This document shows, piece by piece, positions 1 through 10,046 of a stretch of 64,000 bases of DNA. The stretch is from Candidatus Forterrea multitransposorum CG_2015-17_Forterrea_25_41 (GTDB taxonomy: Archaea; Iainarchaeota; Iainarchaeia; Iainarchaeales; CSSED10-239), in NCBI GenBank assembly GCA_009392915.1, contig CP045477.1:384001-448000 (forward strand), given 5' to 3'. Within the stretch, counting starts at the first letter, position 1, and every line of letters starts with the position of its first letter. A program made the translations under genes and the position numbers. The notes beneath the pieces were generated by a model. It searched no databases, was not told the origin of the DNA, and saw only the letters and a list, made by a program, of their open reading frames with translations.

Positions 1-450
1 AATTACAATATCATATGCAGAAAATACTAAAGATGCTAAAGTAAATCCTGAAAGACCCATGATACCTGTTAAAACACTCATGAAAACTATAAAGTTTGAA
101 GATATCATTGGATTATTATTAAACACAATTTGTATTAAAATATATGAAAGATATGTAAAAACTATTGAAGATCCTAAAAATATTAAAAATCTTTTATATC
201 TTGTAGTTATTTTTTCTTTAATAACATAATCAAGACCAAAAGATCCAAAACCTAAAATAATACCAAAATCTGTTAAAAAGTTTAATAGCTTTTTAGGTTT
301 TGCTAATTTATCTAATAAAGGTATAAATCTTTTTGTTTTTGTCATTATAAATAACCCTAAAAAAATATCTGTTTTAAATATTTTTCTAGAAGCCTGTGAT
401 ATTAAAAACAAAGAAAATAGTACGATAATAATCCATAGAATTGAATTCAT
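1..450 (-). CDS. Partial hydrophobic membrane protein; C-terminus lies beyond the window start
   Basis: The minus-strand frame is open from the window edge to an ATG at 448-450. Its translation is strongly hydrophobic (MNSILWIIIVLFSLFLIS...). No recognisable family. Confidence 0.3.
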   Translation of the reverse strand, partial: MNSILWIIIVLFSLFLISQASRKIFKTDIFLGLFIMTKTKRFIPLLDKLAKPKKLLNFLTDFGIILGFGSFGLDYVIKEKITTRYKRFLIFLGSSIVFTYLSYILIQIVFNNNPMISSNFIVFMSVLTGIMGLSGFTLASLVFSAYDIVI

Positions 451-504
451 AATTAATCATTTTTTATTTTATATATTTATTTATAGACATATATAAAAAG
501 CTTT

Positions 505-1377
505 TTATTTAAATTTATAAGCTATAATTTTATATACTAATTTTGCTAAAAAATAACTCTCAGAAGAAAAATTCCAATTAGCCCCTTTTGGTGAAAATTC
601 AACAATGTCAGCACCAATAATTTCTTTTTCTTTAAAAATTAAATTTAAAATTTTCATTGTTTGATTCCAATTAAATCCACCTGGTTCAGGAGTATTTGTA
701 TTTTTAATAATTGAAGGATCAAAAAAATCAACATCAATAGATAAGAATATTTTTTTTGGTAATTTTTTTAATTGTTTTTTAAAATTATTTAAAGATTTAT
801 GTAAATTATCTGCATATATTACAGAAACATTTTTTCCATCTTTTGTTTTTAAAAAATCATATTCATAAAAATCTTGAGATCTAACCCCTGCAATTAATGT
901 TTTATGATTTTTAGAAATATATCTTGAAACACAAGCATGATGCCAAGTATCTTTTCCCCATTCTTCTCTTAAGTCAGAGTGAGCATCAAGAACTATTATT
1001 CCAAAATCTTTTTCAATTTTTTCAAAAGCAGAAACTACAGGAAAAGTTGTTGAATGATCAGAACCTAAAATTATTGGGAATTTAAAAGAAGAAATATTTT
1101 TATAAACAGCATTTGAAATTTCTTTTGAAACTTTAAAAAAATCTTCTTTATTTTTTAAAAAATTAATTTCTTTAAAAGTATAAATTCCATTAAGATAAGG
1201 TTCTGTTTTTAAATCACAATCAAAATATTCAAGTTCATAAGAAGATTTAATAATTTCTTTTGGTCCCTTATAAGCACCCTCTCCAACAGTTACTTTACCA
1301 TTATAAAGTAAAGGTAAAATACATATTGAAGATTTATCTTTATTTGAATATTCTTTTAAAAGATTTAAAAATTGCAT
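505..1377 (-). CDS. speB: Arginase/agmatinase-family ureohydrolase (agmatinase-like)
   Basis: Ureohydrolase Mn-binding motifs are present: GSDHSTTFP, DAHSDL and SIDVDFFDPS. The gene lies in a cluster with a PLP decarboxylase and deoxyhypusine synthase. Confidence 0.8.
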   Translation of the reverse strand: MQFLNLLKEYSNKDKSSICILPLLYNGKVTVGEGAYKGPKEIIKSSYELEYFDCDLKTEPYLNGIYTFKEINFLKNKEDFFKVSKEISNAVYKNISSFKFPIILGSDHSTTFPVVSAFEKIEKDFGIIVLDAHSDLREEWGKDTWHHACVSRYISKNHKTLIAGVRSQDFYEYDFLKTKDGKNVSVIYADNLHKSLNNFKKQLKKLPKKIFLSIDVDFFDPSIIKNTNTPEPGGFNWNQTMKILNLIFKEKEIIGADIVEFSPKGANWNFSSESYFLAKLVYKIIAYKFK

Positions 1378-1380
1378 ACA

Positions 1381-3027
1381 TTATCTTTTTTTAACATATT
1401 TTTTATTTTTTACAATTTTTTTTTGTTTCTTAATATCTTTCTTTACTTTTTCTCTAAACTTTGTATCATCTTTTTTTCCATCATTAAAAGAGGATCTAGG
1501 ACCATCTCTCTTTCTATCACCATCAAAGGAAGATCTTGGTTTATGTTTGTCAAAAGAAGGTCTAGGACCATCTCTTTTTCTATCTCCATCAGTATGTGGT
1601 CTAGGTTTATGTTTATCAAAAGAAGGTCTAGGACCATCTCTTTTTCTATCACCATCAAAGGAAGGTCTAGGACCATCTCTTTTTCTATCATCATGGAATC
1701 TATTTTTAGATCTTTGATTTTCAAAAGAGCTTTCAGAAACTGCTCTTTTTCTATCTCTAAAACTTGTTTCATTTCTTGTTGTTCTTGGATTTTGAGAACC
1801 TCTTGATTTTCTTAAAAAACCTACTTGTTTATTAAAAAAATCTTTTGCTCTAATATCTGATTTATTATTTGTATTTTTTTCAACATCTCTAGTCCTATCA
1901 AAAGAAACAACTTTAACTTCTGGAACATCAATTTTTTTAATTGAAAAACCAAATCTTTTACACATTTTTATAAATGTAGGTTCATCTCTATAATCAATAA
2001 AAGTTATTGCTTTTCCTTCTTGACCAGCTCTTGCAGTTCTTCCTATCCTATGAACATACTGAGTATCATCTTTTGGAAGATCATAATTATAAATATATTC
2101 AAGATTATCAATATGTATACCTCTTGCAGAAACATCACTTGATATTAAAACTGCAGTTTTATGAGTATGATATTTATCTATAGTGTGTGTTCTTTTTCTT
2201 TGTTCAAGTCCACCATGAAGTTTAAATGCTTCAACTCCATTTTTAATTAAATTATTATAAATTACATCAACTTCTCTTCTAGTATTTGAAAATACAATTG
2301 ATTTTTTAGGATTTTCTTTAATTAAATGTAAAAGAAGAGAAAATTTTTGATTTGATTTAACAACATAATATTCTTGTAAAAGTTTTGAAGGATCAACTTT
2401 TGATTCAACAGAAACTCTTTCTGCATTTGGAATATATTTTCTTTCAATATTTGAAACATCTTTTGTAATTGTTGCAGAAAACATTAAAGTTTGTCTATGT
2501 CGTGGAATTTTATCAATAATTTTTGAAATATCTTCTGCAAAACCCATATCACACATTCTGTCAGCTTCATCTAATATTAAAAATTTAACTCCCTTTAGAT
2601 TTAAATTACCTCTATTCATTTGATCGATTATTCTTCCTGGAGTTCCAATTACTATGTCTGAAAATCTAATATCTTTTGCTTGTTGAGAAACAGATTCTCC
2701 TCCGTAAACAGCACATGAAATTAATTTTTTAACTTCAGACATTTTTTTAACTTCTTTAAAAACTTGCAAAGCAAGTTCTCTTGTTGGAACAATAATTAAA
2801 GCTTGAACTTTCTTTTCTTTATTAACATTTGGTAAAATACCTGAAAGAAAAGCTACTGTTTTTCCTGTTCCTGTTGCAGATTCTGCAATTATATTTTTAC
2901 CTTCTAAGATTAAAGGTATTGTTTTAATTTGTATTTCAGTAGGTTTTAAAATACCCATATTTGTTACTGCTTGTAATATAGTTTTATCTTTAATTAAACT
3001 ATTAAAATTTTCATTAGAATTAGTCAT
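1381..3027 (-). CDS. DEAD-box ATP-dependent RNA helicase with a repetitive RD/RG-rich C-terminal tail
   Basis: Helicase motifs I (AESATGTGKT), Ia (PTRELA), TPGR, II (DEAD in LILDEADRM), III (SAT) and VI (HRIGRTAR) are all present. The C-terminus carries repeated DRKRDGPRPSF units. Confidence 0.9.
   Translation of the reverse strand: MTNSNENFNSLIKDKTILQAVTNMGILKPTEIQIKTIPLILEGKNIIAESATGTGKTVAFLSGILPNVNKEKKVQALIIVPTRELALQVFKEVKKMSEVKKLISCAVYGGESVSQQAKDIRFSDIVIGTPGRIIDQMNRGNLNLKGVKFLILDEADRMCDMGFAEDISKIIDKIPRHRQTLMFSATITKDVSNIERKYIPNAERVSVESKVDPSKLLQEYYVVKSNQKFSLLLHLIKENPKKSIVFSNTRREVDVIYNNLIKNGVEAFKLHGGLEQRKRTHTIDKYHTHKTAVLISSDVSARGIHIDNLEYIYNYDLPKDDTQYVHRIGRTARAGQEGKAITFIDYRDEPTFIKMCKRFGFSIKKIDVPEVKVVSFDRTRDVEKNTNNKSDIRAKDFFNKQVGFLRKSRGSQNPRTTRNETSFRDRKRAVSESSFENQRSKNRFHDDRKRDGPRPSFDGDRKRDGPRPSFDKHKPRPHTDGDRKRDGPRPSFDKHKPRSSFDGDRKRDGPRSSFNDGKKDDTKFREKVKKDIKKQKKIVKNKKYVKKR
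1492..1700. repeat. Tandem repeat of about 66 bp (ggtctaggaccatctctttttctatc... core, about 3.5 copies) inside the helicase 3' coding region
   Basis: The units recur at about 1492, 1559, 1625 and 1664. They encode the repeated DGPRPSFD(K/G)..DRKR peptide. The overlapping track ORFs 1372..1806(+) and 1443..1772(-) are artefacts of this repeat. Confidence 0.6.
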
Positions 3028-3150
3028 ATTTAATTTTCCTTTTTTTAATTTTATTAAATAAGTTTATAACTTATAAAAGTATTAAACTCAATATATATTT
3101 ATGAAACAAATAGTTTAAAAAGAGCAAAGAAATCCTAAACAAAGCAAAGA

Positions 3151-4044
3151 TTATTTAACAATACCTTTATTTTTTGCAAAATCAAGTATTTCTTTAGGAT
3201 TTTTTAAATTTACATCTAAATATTCACTATTTAACATTTTAAAATCTGCAGAAAAAACATCTATTAAATATAATTTAATTTCTCCATTTGAAAGTCTTTT
3301 ATAAAAACAATTTTTTGGAGTAATATCTAAAATTTGAATAGAATCTTTTAACATAAAATTTGCAGTAACATCCATTAAATTATTTTTGATTTGTAAAAAT
3401 TCTTTTTCAGAAATTAATTTCTCTAAATATCCTTGTGTTACATTTTTAAGAGAAGTAAAATCATATGCAATAAAATGAATTCCTTTTTTAAGATGTGTTT
3501 TAGAAAAAGCAAATCTTGGCTTGATTATAGAAATTCCATTTTGTTCAAGATATTTTAAAAGAATCATTTCTTGAGCAGCATTTTTATAACTATAATTATC
3601 AAGAGCTACTTTAATATATAATGATTTATTTCTACCATTTTTATTTATGGTTAATTTATAAGAAGTAACAGTATTTCTTGACAAATAACTTAAAGATAAT
3701 TTTAAGGGTTCAACCTTAAATCTTCTCTTAGGATCAATATAGGAATATTCTTTTTCACTATTAATAATATTTTGTCTAAATTTTAAAGAGGATTTATTAA
3801 TTTTTCCTTCACCACCAAAAGATTTAAATAAATCATATATAACTTCAATGGAACTTGGAATATAATCTTTATAACCTTTTTTTCCTATACCTCTAGTGTA
3901 ATTTACTAAAGACTTAATTTTAGGATCATAAACAATCAAACTTGATGGAGAATCTTTAGATTTATATTTAGAAGTTTCAATATGTTTTAAAGGAGGTTTT
4001 GAAATTTTGGATGTGTTTTTTTTTAATCTAAAAGGTTTTATCAT
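3151..4044 (-). CDS. Hypothetical protein with possible protein-kinase-like fold
   Basis: Weak kinase-like motifs are present: QILDITPKNCF resembles a catalytic loop and LYLIDVFSADF resembles DFG. There is no strong family match. Confidence 0.3.
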   Translation of the reverse strand: MIKPFRLKKNTSKISKPPLKHIETSKYKSKDSPSSLIVYDPKIKSLVNYTRGIGKKGYKDYIPSSIEVIYDLFKSFGGEGKINKSSLKFRQNIINSEKEYSYIDPKRRFKVEPLKLSLSYLSRNTVTSYKLTINKNGRNKSLYIKVALDNYSYKNAAQEMILLKYLEQNGISIIKPRFAFSKTHLKKGIHFIAYDFTSLKNVTQGYLEKLISEKEFLQIKNNLMDVTANFMLKDSIQILDITPKNCFYKRLSNGEIKLYLIDVFSADFKMLNSEYLDVNLKNPKEILDFAKNKGIVK

Positions 4045-4050
4045 AATTAT

Positions 4051-5097
4051 TCAGTCTATTATTTCTATTTTTGGTCTTTCTAAATTAAAAAGATCAGTAT
4101 AGTAAATATAAGCTCCTGCATTTAAGAAAATAACTTTATCTCCTATCTTTGGAACATATCCTTCCTTAAAATATACTCTATATCTAAAAATATCTTCTGA
4201 AGCTGGAGTTAAACCTTTAATTGTATAAGGTTTAAGAGTATTAGTTTCACTTTCTCCATCAACTAAAAGTTTAATATGAGTAACTAAAGTATCCATTGAA
4301 CAATTAAATAAAGATGCATCAATAAAAATAGTATCATCAACAATATTTTTTATAGTTGTAATTAACTTTCCTGAAGGTGCAGCAATACTTCTTCCAGGTT
4401 CAGTTAAAAGTTTAATATTTAAACTATTTAAAAATATTTTAAGTTCTTTTAATTTATCATAAATAACCTCTATTGTTTTAGGATTAATGTTTTTATATAA
4501 AACAGGAAGCCCTCCTCCAATATCTAAAAAATCAATTTTTTCTAAAGTTTCTTTTATAAGAGAAGATGAAATCTCTTCAATTAAAGACCATTCAGATAAA
4601 TTTTGTGTTTTTCTATGGAAATGAACACCTAACTTTTCAATTAAAGGATTATCTTTTAATGAAATAATTAAATCATTAATTTCTTTTGAATAAAAACCAT
4701 AAACAAAAAACTTACCAGTAACAACAGTATATTCTTTAAGTCTCATTCTTAAAAGTAAAGTTATCTTATAATTATTTTTTTTAATTTCTTCTAAAAGAAA
4801 ATTTAAATCATTTTTATTATCAACAATAAATTTATCAATTCCTTCTTTAAAAATTACACTAATCTCTTCTTTATCAGGAGAATGAAGCATATACCATATT
4901 TTTTTTTTATCTTTTATTTTTTCAATCTCATTATTATGATGTATTAAAAAATTAGAAGAGGTGTTTTCTTCTAAAACTGAAGTAATATAAGGATTAGACT
5001 TAACACTATAACAAACAATATCAGATAACTTTTCTACTTTTTTATATTCTTTTAATATTTTTTCTTTTGAAAAAACAAATTTTGCATTTGATTTCAT
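4051..5097 (-). CDS. PLP-dependent Orn/Arg/DAP decarboxylase family (fold-type III), probably arginine or ornithine decarboxylase
   Basis: CYSVKSN carries the PLP-binding lysine. The Gly-rich DIGGGLP and the substrate loop EPGRSIAAPSG are present. It is adjacent to the agmatinase and DHS genes. Confidence 0.7.
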   Translation of the reverse strand: MKSNAKFVFSKEKILKEYKKVEKLSDIVCYSVKSNPYITSVLEENTSSNFLIHHNNEIEKIKDKKKIWYMLHSPDKEEISVIFKEGIDKFIVDNKNDLNFLLEEIKKNNYKITLLLRMRLKEYTVVTGKFFVYGFYSKEINDLIISLKDNPLIEKLGVHFHRKTQNLSEWSLIEEISSSLIKETLEKIDFLDIGGGLPVLYKNINPKTIEVIYDKLKELKIFLNSLNIKLLTEPGRSIAAPSGKLITTIKNIVDDTIFIDASLFNCSMDTLVTHIKLLVDGESETNTLKPYTIKGLTPASEDIFRYRVYFKEGYVPKIGDKVIFLNAGAYIYYTDLFNLERPKIEIID

Positions 5098-5104
5098 TTA
5101 AACA

Positions 5105-5734
5105 TCACACTTTTAAAACATAAGATGGAAGCTCTAGTTTTAGAGAGATTTCTTTTCCTTCTTTTGTAAAACACTTTAATTGATTTCTTTCAAAATCATA
5201 TGAAACAACTTTCTTTACATTATTTTTTGAAAGTATTTCTCTGTATTTATTAATTCTATTAAGATTTGCAGGAGTTTTTTCTAACTTAAAACCACCTATA
5301 TATTTTGAAAAACCTTTAAACTCTTCAAAAAACCAAGTTTCTAATTTTATTTTTTTAAATTTATTTATTTTAGAAAATTTAATTAAAAAGTCAGCATATT
5401 TTTTTATATCATATAAATTTCTTAAAGAGTTTTTATTATCATTTTTAAAAATTGTTTTTGAAAAATGTATACCATCTCTTTCAATATAAGATAGGAAAGA
5501 TACATATTTTGATTCTCCAACAATTGTTGTTCTTTTTTTATCAGTTAAGAAAGTAACTATTTTATCTTTATTAATAGCTTCATTTAATTCTTTTAAAGAA
5601 GGCTTTTCTGGAAAATATTCATACTTAACATCTTTATATCTTTCATTTAGTTTCTCATAAACACTTTTTTCTCTTTTGAAAGGATTTATTTTTTTTATAC
5701 TGGACCTAACTTTTGAAATACTTTTTTTAATCAT
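5105..5734 (-). CDS. Hypothetical protein in the polyamine/hypusine cluster
   Basis: A 209-aa ORF tightly packed between the decarboxylase and DHS genes. No recognisable motif. Confidence 0.4.
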   Translation of the reverse strand: MIKKSISKVRSSIKKINPFKREKSVYEKLNERYKDVKYEYFPEKPSLKELNEAINKDKIVTFLTDKKRTTIVGESKYVSFLSYIERDGIHFSKTIFKNDNKNSLRNLYDIKKYADFLIKFSKINKFKKIKLETWFFEEFKGFSKYIGGFKLEKTPANLNRINKYREILSKNNVKKVVSYDFERNQLKCFTKEGKEISLKLELPSYVLKV

Positions 5735-5737
5735 ACT

Positions 5738-6673
5738 TTAAAGCACTCCTTCTTTTTTTAAAGTATCAAGAGCAGAAACCATAGCTATTGGAAAAGTAAT
5801 TGTAACATCTCCAATAACAGTCACTGCATCAGAATTATCTTTAATCTTACCCCAAGATTTAGCTTCATCAGTTGTTGCACCAGAAAGACTTCCTGAACGA
5901 GGAGAGGCAGTTGTCATATAAAGAGCATAATCTGCTCCACCATTAATTAAAGTTGTAAGAATAATATGATGTTTTGAAACTCCACCACCAAGAGCAACAA
6001 TTCCTTTTTTTTCATCATGTGATGTTGAAAAAATAATATTTCTAAAATCATTAATAATATCAACATTAAAATCTTTATGTTCTTCTTTAAACAAATATAA
6101 ATGAAAACCAAAAGAGCCATCTGTTATTGCAGGACAAAAGACAGGAACATTGTTTATTGCTGCTTGATAAAGTATTGATGAAGGATCATTTAACTTAAGA
6201 CCAATCTCTCTTAAAAGTTCAGAGATTGTTAAAGATTTTTTTTCTTTATAAACTTCTAAAAGTAAATTTTTAATTTTTGCTTCAAGTTTTTGGTATTGAT
6301 CATTTGTAATTAAAATATTACCAACTCTATTTTCTCCTCTTTCATATAATTCTTCATCATTTGAAGAAAATGAACCTAAAATAAACTTATCTCCATCAGC
6401 TTTCATAATATCTTCTTCAATTGAACCTACAGTTGTAACTATAACATCACACATTTTCTTTTCAATTAACTGTGCAAAGAAACCTCTTAAACCAGAAGTT
6501 ACCATGTTAGAAGTAAATGAAAAATAAACTTTTGCACCTTCTTTTTTCATTTTAACTAAAAGATCAGATGCTCTTTTAAGTTCATAACTTTGAAAACCTA
6601 TCTTTCCATAACCTTCTAATAATTCTGAAACTGTTAAATTTTCTTTCCATAAAAAATCTTTTGTATAATCCAT
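5738..6673 (-). CDS. dys: Deoxyhypusine synthase
   Basis: DHS-like core with the Gly-rich NAD segment IVALGGGVSKHHI. It is about 310 aa, the typical archaeal DHS length. Confidence 0.85.
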   Translation of the reverse strand: MDYTKDFLWKENLTVSELLEGYGKIGFQSYELKRASDLLVKMKKEGAKVYFSFTSNMVTSGLRGFFAQLIEKKMCDVIVTTVGSIEEDIMKADGDKFILGSFSSNDEELYERGENRVGNILITNDQYQKLEAKIKNLLLEVYKEKKSLTISELLREIGLKLNDPSSILYQAAINNVPVFCPAITDGSFGFHLYLFKEEHKDFNVDIINDFRNIIFSTSHDEKKGIVALGGGVSKHHIILTTLINGGADYALYMTTASPRSGSLSGATTDEAKSWGKIKDNSDAVTVIGDVTITFPIAMVSALDTLKKEGVL

Positions 6674-6773
6674 AAATAATCTTTATTTTTTGTTTATTTT
6701 ATAAATATTATATAGAAAAAACAATATTTAAATATACTTATAGAATAAATATATATATATAAATTATAAAGAT

Positions 6774-6977
6774 GTGAAATTTATGAAAAAAAGATATAAA
6801 AGAAATAGTAAAGATGTTATAATTGGTGGAGTTGCAGGAGGACTTGCAAATTATTTTAATGTTGACCCTGTATTTATAAGACTTGCATGGGTAATCCTTT
6901 TATTTGTAAGTTTTGGATTAATGCTTCTTGTTTATATTATTATGTGGATTGTTGCTCCAGTTGATCCAAAAAATTAA
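6774..6977 (+). CDS. PspC-domain small membrane protein
   Basis: VIIGGVAGGLANYFNVDPVFIRLAWVILLF matches the PspC N-terminal domain signature. A single TM segment follows. Confidence 0.65.
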   Translation: MKFMKKRYKRNSKDVIIGGVAGGLANYFNVDPVFIRLAWVILLFVSFGLMLLVYIIMWIVAPVDPKN

Positions 6978-6994
6978 ATTTTATAGAAAGGGTT

Positions 6995-7921
6995 TTAGTT
7001 TGCACTTCTATTACCCATTTTTATAACTAAATTATATGCAACAAATCTTAAATTTTTTTCAATTAAATTAAAATATCTTTCACTGATATTGTTTTCTTTA
7101 GAAATTTTAAGAGCAATTTTTATACATTTATCAAATTGATCAATAATTGTTTTATAGTCCCATTTTCCTTCAATTACAGGAGTTACAACTTTATTTTTTA
7201 AATCATCTTCAAGATCAATATAATCATCAAGCATTTGTACAAAATATGCAAGTTCAAACATAAGTTTAATATTTTTTCTTTGGTTTTCTTTAGATATTGT
7301 AGAATATAAAAGCTCCATTGAACCAAAAATACCAGCTTTTCTATTACTTTCTTTACCTAAAAGACATCTTGTTTCAGCATCACACCATTTAAGTCCATAA
7401 TCTACTGCTTTTTTATCAAGGTTGCTTGCAAGATAAGATAAAAGAGATAACTTTCCTTTATTTAAAACTTTTTTAACTAAAGCTTCTTTAATTATTTTTG
7501 ATCTTTTTCTAGGTGATAATTCTTTATAATCATTATCATATATTTCATCAAGTAAAACATTACAAACAGCAGAATACATTATTTGTTTTCTAAGATTTTT
7601 ATTAACTGAAGTATATTTAATTATTTTTATAAAAACAAAATTATTAACTAATAGTTTTTTTGAAAAAAACCTATATTTATTATAACTTTTACCTGAAAGT
7701 AAAAGCATAATATATCCACCTAAAGCATATAACTCAGTTGAACCTAAAATTAGTTTTAAATAGAATTTTTCTTTTCTAATCTCAGGACAATAAATATCAA
7801 TTAATGGTTCTATAAATTGATTAAAATCATTTTTTGTTTTATTAAATAATATAGAAATTAATCTATCATCATTATCTTTAAAAAAAGAAACTAATTTTTT
7901 AATTCGCTTTTTTCTATCCAT
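6995..7921 (-). CDS. Isoprenoid-synthase-like protein (class I terpenoid synthase/phytoene-squalene synthase-like fold), tentative
   Basis: An Asp-rich motif DDYIDLEDD sits near residue 220 and a DEIYDND-like segment lies earlier. Assignment is by motif only. Confidence 0.3.
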   Translation of the reverse strand: MDRKKRIKKLVSFFKDNDDRLISILFNKTKNDFNQFIEPLIDIYCPEIRKEKFYLKLILGSTELYALGGYIMLLLSGKSYNKYRFFSKKLLVNNFVFIKIIKYTSVNKNLRKQIMYSAVCNVLLDEIYDNDYKELSPRKRSKIIKEALVKKVLNKGKLSLLSYLASNLDKKAVDYGLKWCDAETRCLLGKESNRKAGIFGSMELLYSTISKENQRKNIKLMFELAYFVQMLDDYIDLEDDLKNKVVTPVIEGKWDYKTIIDQFDKCIKIALKISKENNISERYFNLIEKNLRFVAYNLVIKMGNRSAN

Positions 7922-7932
7922 TTAAAAAATCC

Positions 7933-8538
7933 TTAAATTAAATGAGTTAAAGAAAGGTTTAATTTTAAAAGAGGATCTTGATAGAACTTTAAGATATCTT
8001 GATCTTCTCTAAGTCCATTATTATGCATTATTGCTTGAAATTTAGTAAATAGTTTTGTTGTAGCATAAACATCTGACATTGCTCTATGAGCATATTCGTT
8101 TTTAATATCAAAATAATTACATAAAGATGATAGCCTATAGCTTGGCATTGTTGAAATTATTTTTTTTGCAAGATTCATGGTACAAATATTTTTATTTTCT
8201 AAAGTTTGATTTAAATGTAAATTAAGATTATGATTTATAAAACCAATATCAAAAATAGCATTATGTGCAACTAAAATATCTTTTTTAATAAAATCTATAA
8301 AATTAGGTAAAACTTCTTGAATAGTTGGTTTTTCTTTAACCATATCATCTGTAATTCCTGTAAGTTGTGTAATTTCAGCTGGAATTTTCATTTGAGGATT
8401 TATTAATGTCTCAAATTTATCAACAATTCGATTTCCTTCAAGCTTTAAAGCAGCAATCTCAGTTATTTGATCTTTTGATCTATTAAGACCTGTTGTTTCA
8501 ATATCTAAGACAATGTATCTTCCAAGCATGTTTTTCAC
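7933..8538 (-). CDS. DnaQ-like DEDDh 3'-5' exonuclease
   Basis: Exo I is YIVLDIETTGL, Exo II is HNAIFDIGF and Exo III is HRAMSDVYAT. Confidence 0.8.
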   Translation of the reverse strand: MKNMLGRYIVLDIETTGLNRSKDQITEIAALKLEGNRIVDKFETLINPQMKIPAEITQLTGITDDMVKEKPTIQEVLPNFIDFIKKDILVAHNAIFDIGFINHNLNLHLNQTLENKNICTMNLAKKIISTMPSYRLSSLCNYFDIKNEYAHRAMSDVYATTKLFTKFQAIMHNNGLREDQDILKFYQDPLLKLNLSLTHLI

Positions 8539-8710
8539 CAGTTATGTATTATAAAATTATTTTTTAAGATTGTTATATTTAATATAGAACAACAGCTTTA
8601 AAAAAAGAACCATTAGTTTTCTTAACTTTTTATGTAGTGATTTAATTTTATTCTTTTTAGAAATATAAAAATAGTATTTATAATACTATTTATGGTACTA
8701 ATTATATATT

Positions 8711-9364
8711 ATGATACCAAAAATAACACCAAAAATATTTCCAAAATCAAAGATTGGAAGAAATAAGTTTAATAAAACATTAAAAAACGATCCTTCAGTT
8801 AAAAGAACTGAAATTCAACTTCTATCTATCCCTGGAAAAGGAATACATGATGTTTCTTCAAATAGACGAAAATATAGAGTTGGAAGAGATACTTTAAAGT
8901 TTGAAAAAATACTTAATGAAAGAGTAAAAGAATCTTTTAGAAAAAAATTAAGAAACTTAGAAAATAGAAGTCAACTTTTACACACACATATAACAAAAAG
9001 AAAATCTAAGAGTACTAAAGAAGAATTTGGAATGGCTCTTCCATCAAAATCAGATATTATTTCTTTTATGGAAGATAGAAGAAAAACTATTAAATATCAA
9101 ATAATTTCTGTAATTGACCCTAAGATTAGAAAACCTATAGGATATACAACTATTAAGATTAACACTTTAAAAGCAACACCTAAACAATTTATTGAAAGAA
9201 TAGATGGGTTTATTACAAAAGAAACTATTAAAAATGCTGAATATAAAAAACATATTTTTGAAATGATGGAAAGTTTAGGTATGGAGATTTATTTCACTCC
9301 TGAAGATGGTTATTCCTTAAATAGAAATTTTAATTATGTGAGGAAAAATGAAGCCAAGAAATAG
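8711..9364 (+). CDS. Hypothetical basic protein, paralog A of a lineage-specific tandem family
   Basis: It shares an N-terminal PKITPK..KIGRNKF segment with the next gene. It also shares the central GYTTIKIN and C-terminal LGMEIYFTPEDGY blocks. Confidence 0.5.
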   Translation: MIPKITPKIFPKSKIGRNKFNKTLKNDPSVKRTEIQLLSIPGKGIHDVSSNRRKYRVGRDTLKFEKILNERVKESFRKKLRNLENRSQLLHTHITKRKSKSTKEEFGMALPSKSDIISFMEDRRKTIKYQIISVIDPKIRKPIGYTTIKINTLKATPKQFIERIDGFITKETIKNAEYKKHIFEMMESLGMEIYFTPEDGYSLNRNFNYVRKNEAKK

Positions 9365-10043
9365 TCCAAGAATAACTCCAAAAGTAAAAGCTTTGCCAAA
9401 GATAGGAAAAGTAAAATTTTCAAAAGAAATCAAAACTCTTGAAATTAATAAACTAAATAAAGTTGCTTTCTATAAAGCTCCTGGAGAAAAACCTGTAAGC
9501 ATTTCAGGAGATAGATTGAATTCTTTTGCAGTTATTGATTCTGCAAAGTTTGATGCTATTTTTAAAAATATTAATAAAAAAAGAACAGATACTGGAAAAA
9601 AATCTATAGATAAAGAAAAGGGAAGTCTTTTTTATTTTAAACTACAAGACCCTAAACTTAAAGGAAAATATAACAATGGAAATGCAATTCCTGATCTTTT
9701 TTCACTTATTGATTCAATGTTTAAATATCCTAAAACAAGACATGGTTATGATGTTATGGCTGTTGTAAGTCCAGAGAAAAAAGTCTTAGGATATACCACT
9801 GTTAAAATAAATCATGCATTTATGAAAAAAATACTTCCAGAAATTGAAAATAAAACTATTAAAAATAGAAATGATTTTACAAGAAAAATAGTACATCTGC
9901 TTTCGAATATGGAAGGAAATATTAAAAATAAAGAAACTGTTTTTAATGTTTTAAAAGTTTTAGAAAAGATTGGCTTTGAGGTTTATTTTACTCCTGAAAA
10001 AGGATATAAGCTTGATAAGGAATATAGATTTATTAAAGAATAA
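9348..10043 (+). CDS. Hypothetical basic protein, paralog B of a lineage-specific tandem family
   Basis: PRITPKVKALPKIGKVKF, LGYTTVKIN and KIGFEVYFTPEKGYKLDKEY match paralog A. Its 3' 210 nt are about 80% identical to a remnant at 13372..13592. Confidence 0.5.
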   Translation: MKPRNSPRITPKVKALPKIGKVKFSKEIKTLEINKLNKVAFYKAPGEKPVSISGDRLNSFAVIDSAKFDAIFKNINKKRTDTGKKSIDKEKGSLFYFKLQDPKLKGKYNNGNAIPDLFSLIDSMFKYPKTRHGYDVMAVVSPEKKVLGYTTVKINHAFMKKILPEIENKTIKNRNDFTRKIVHLLSNMEGNIKNKETVFNVLKVLEKIGFEVYFTPEKGYKLDKEYRFIKE

Positions 10044-10046
10044 TAA

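Noticed and set aside
1372-1806. Track ORFs 1372..1806(+) and 1443..1772(-), overlapping the DEAD-box helicase gene
   Set aside because: Both lie entirely within the tandem-repeat region of the helicase 3' end. Repeats generate long open frames in several frames; the helicase frame carries all the conserved motifs.
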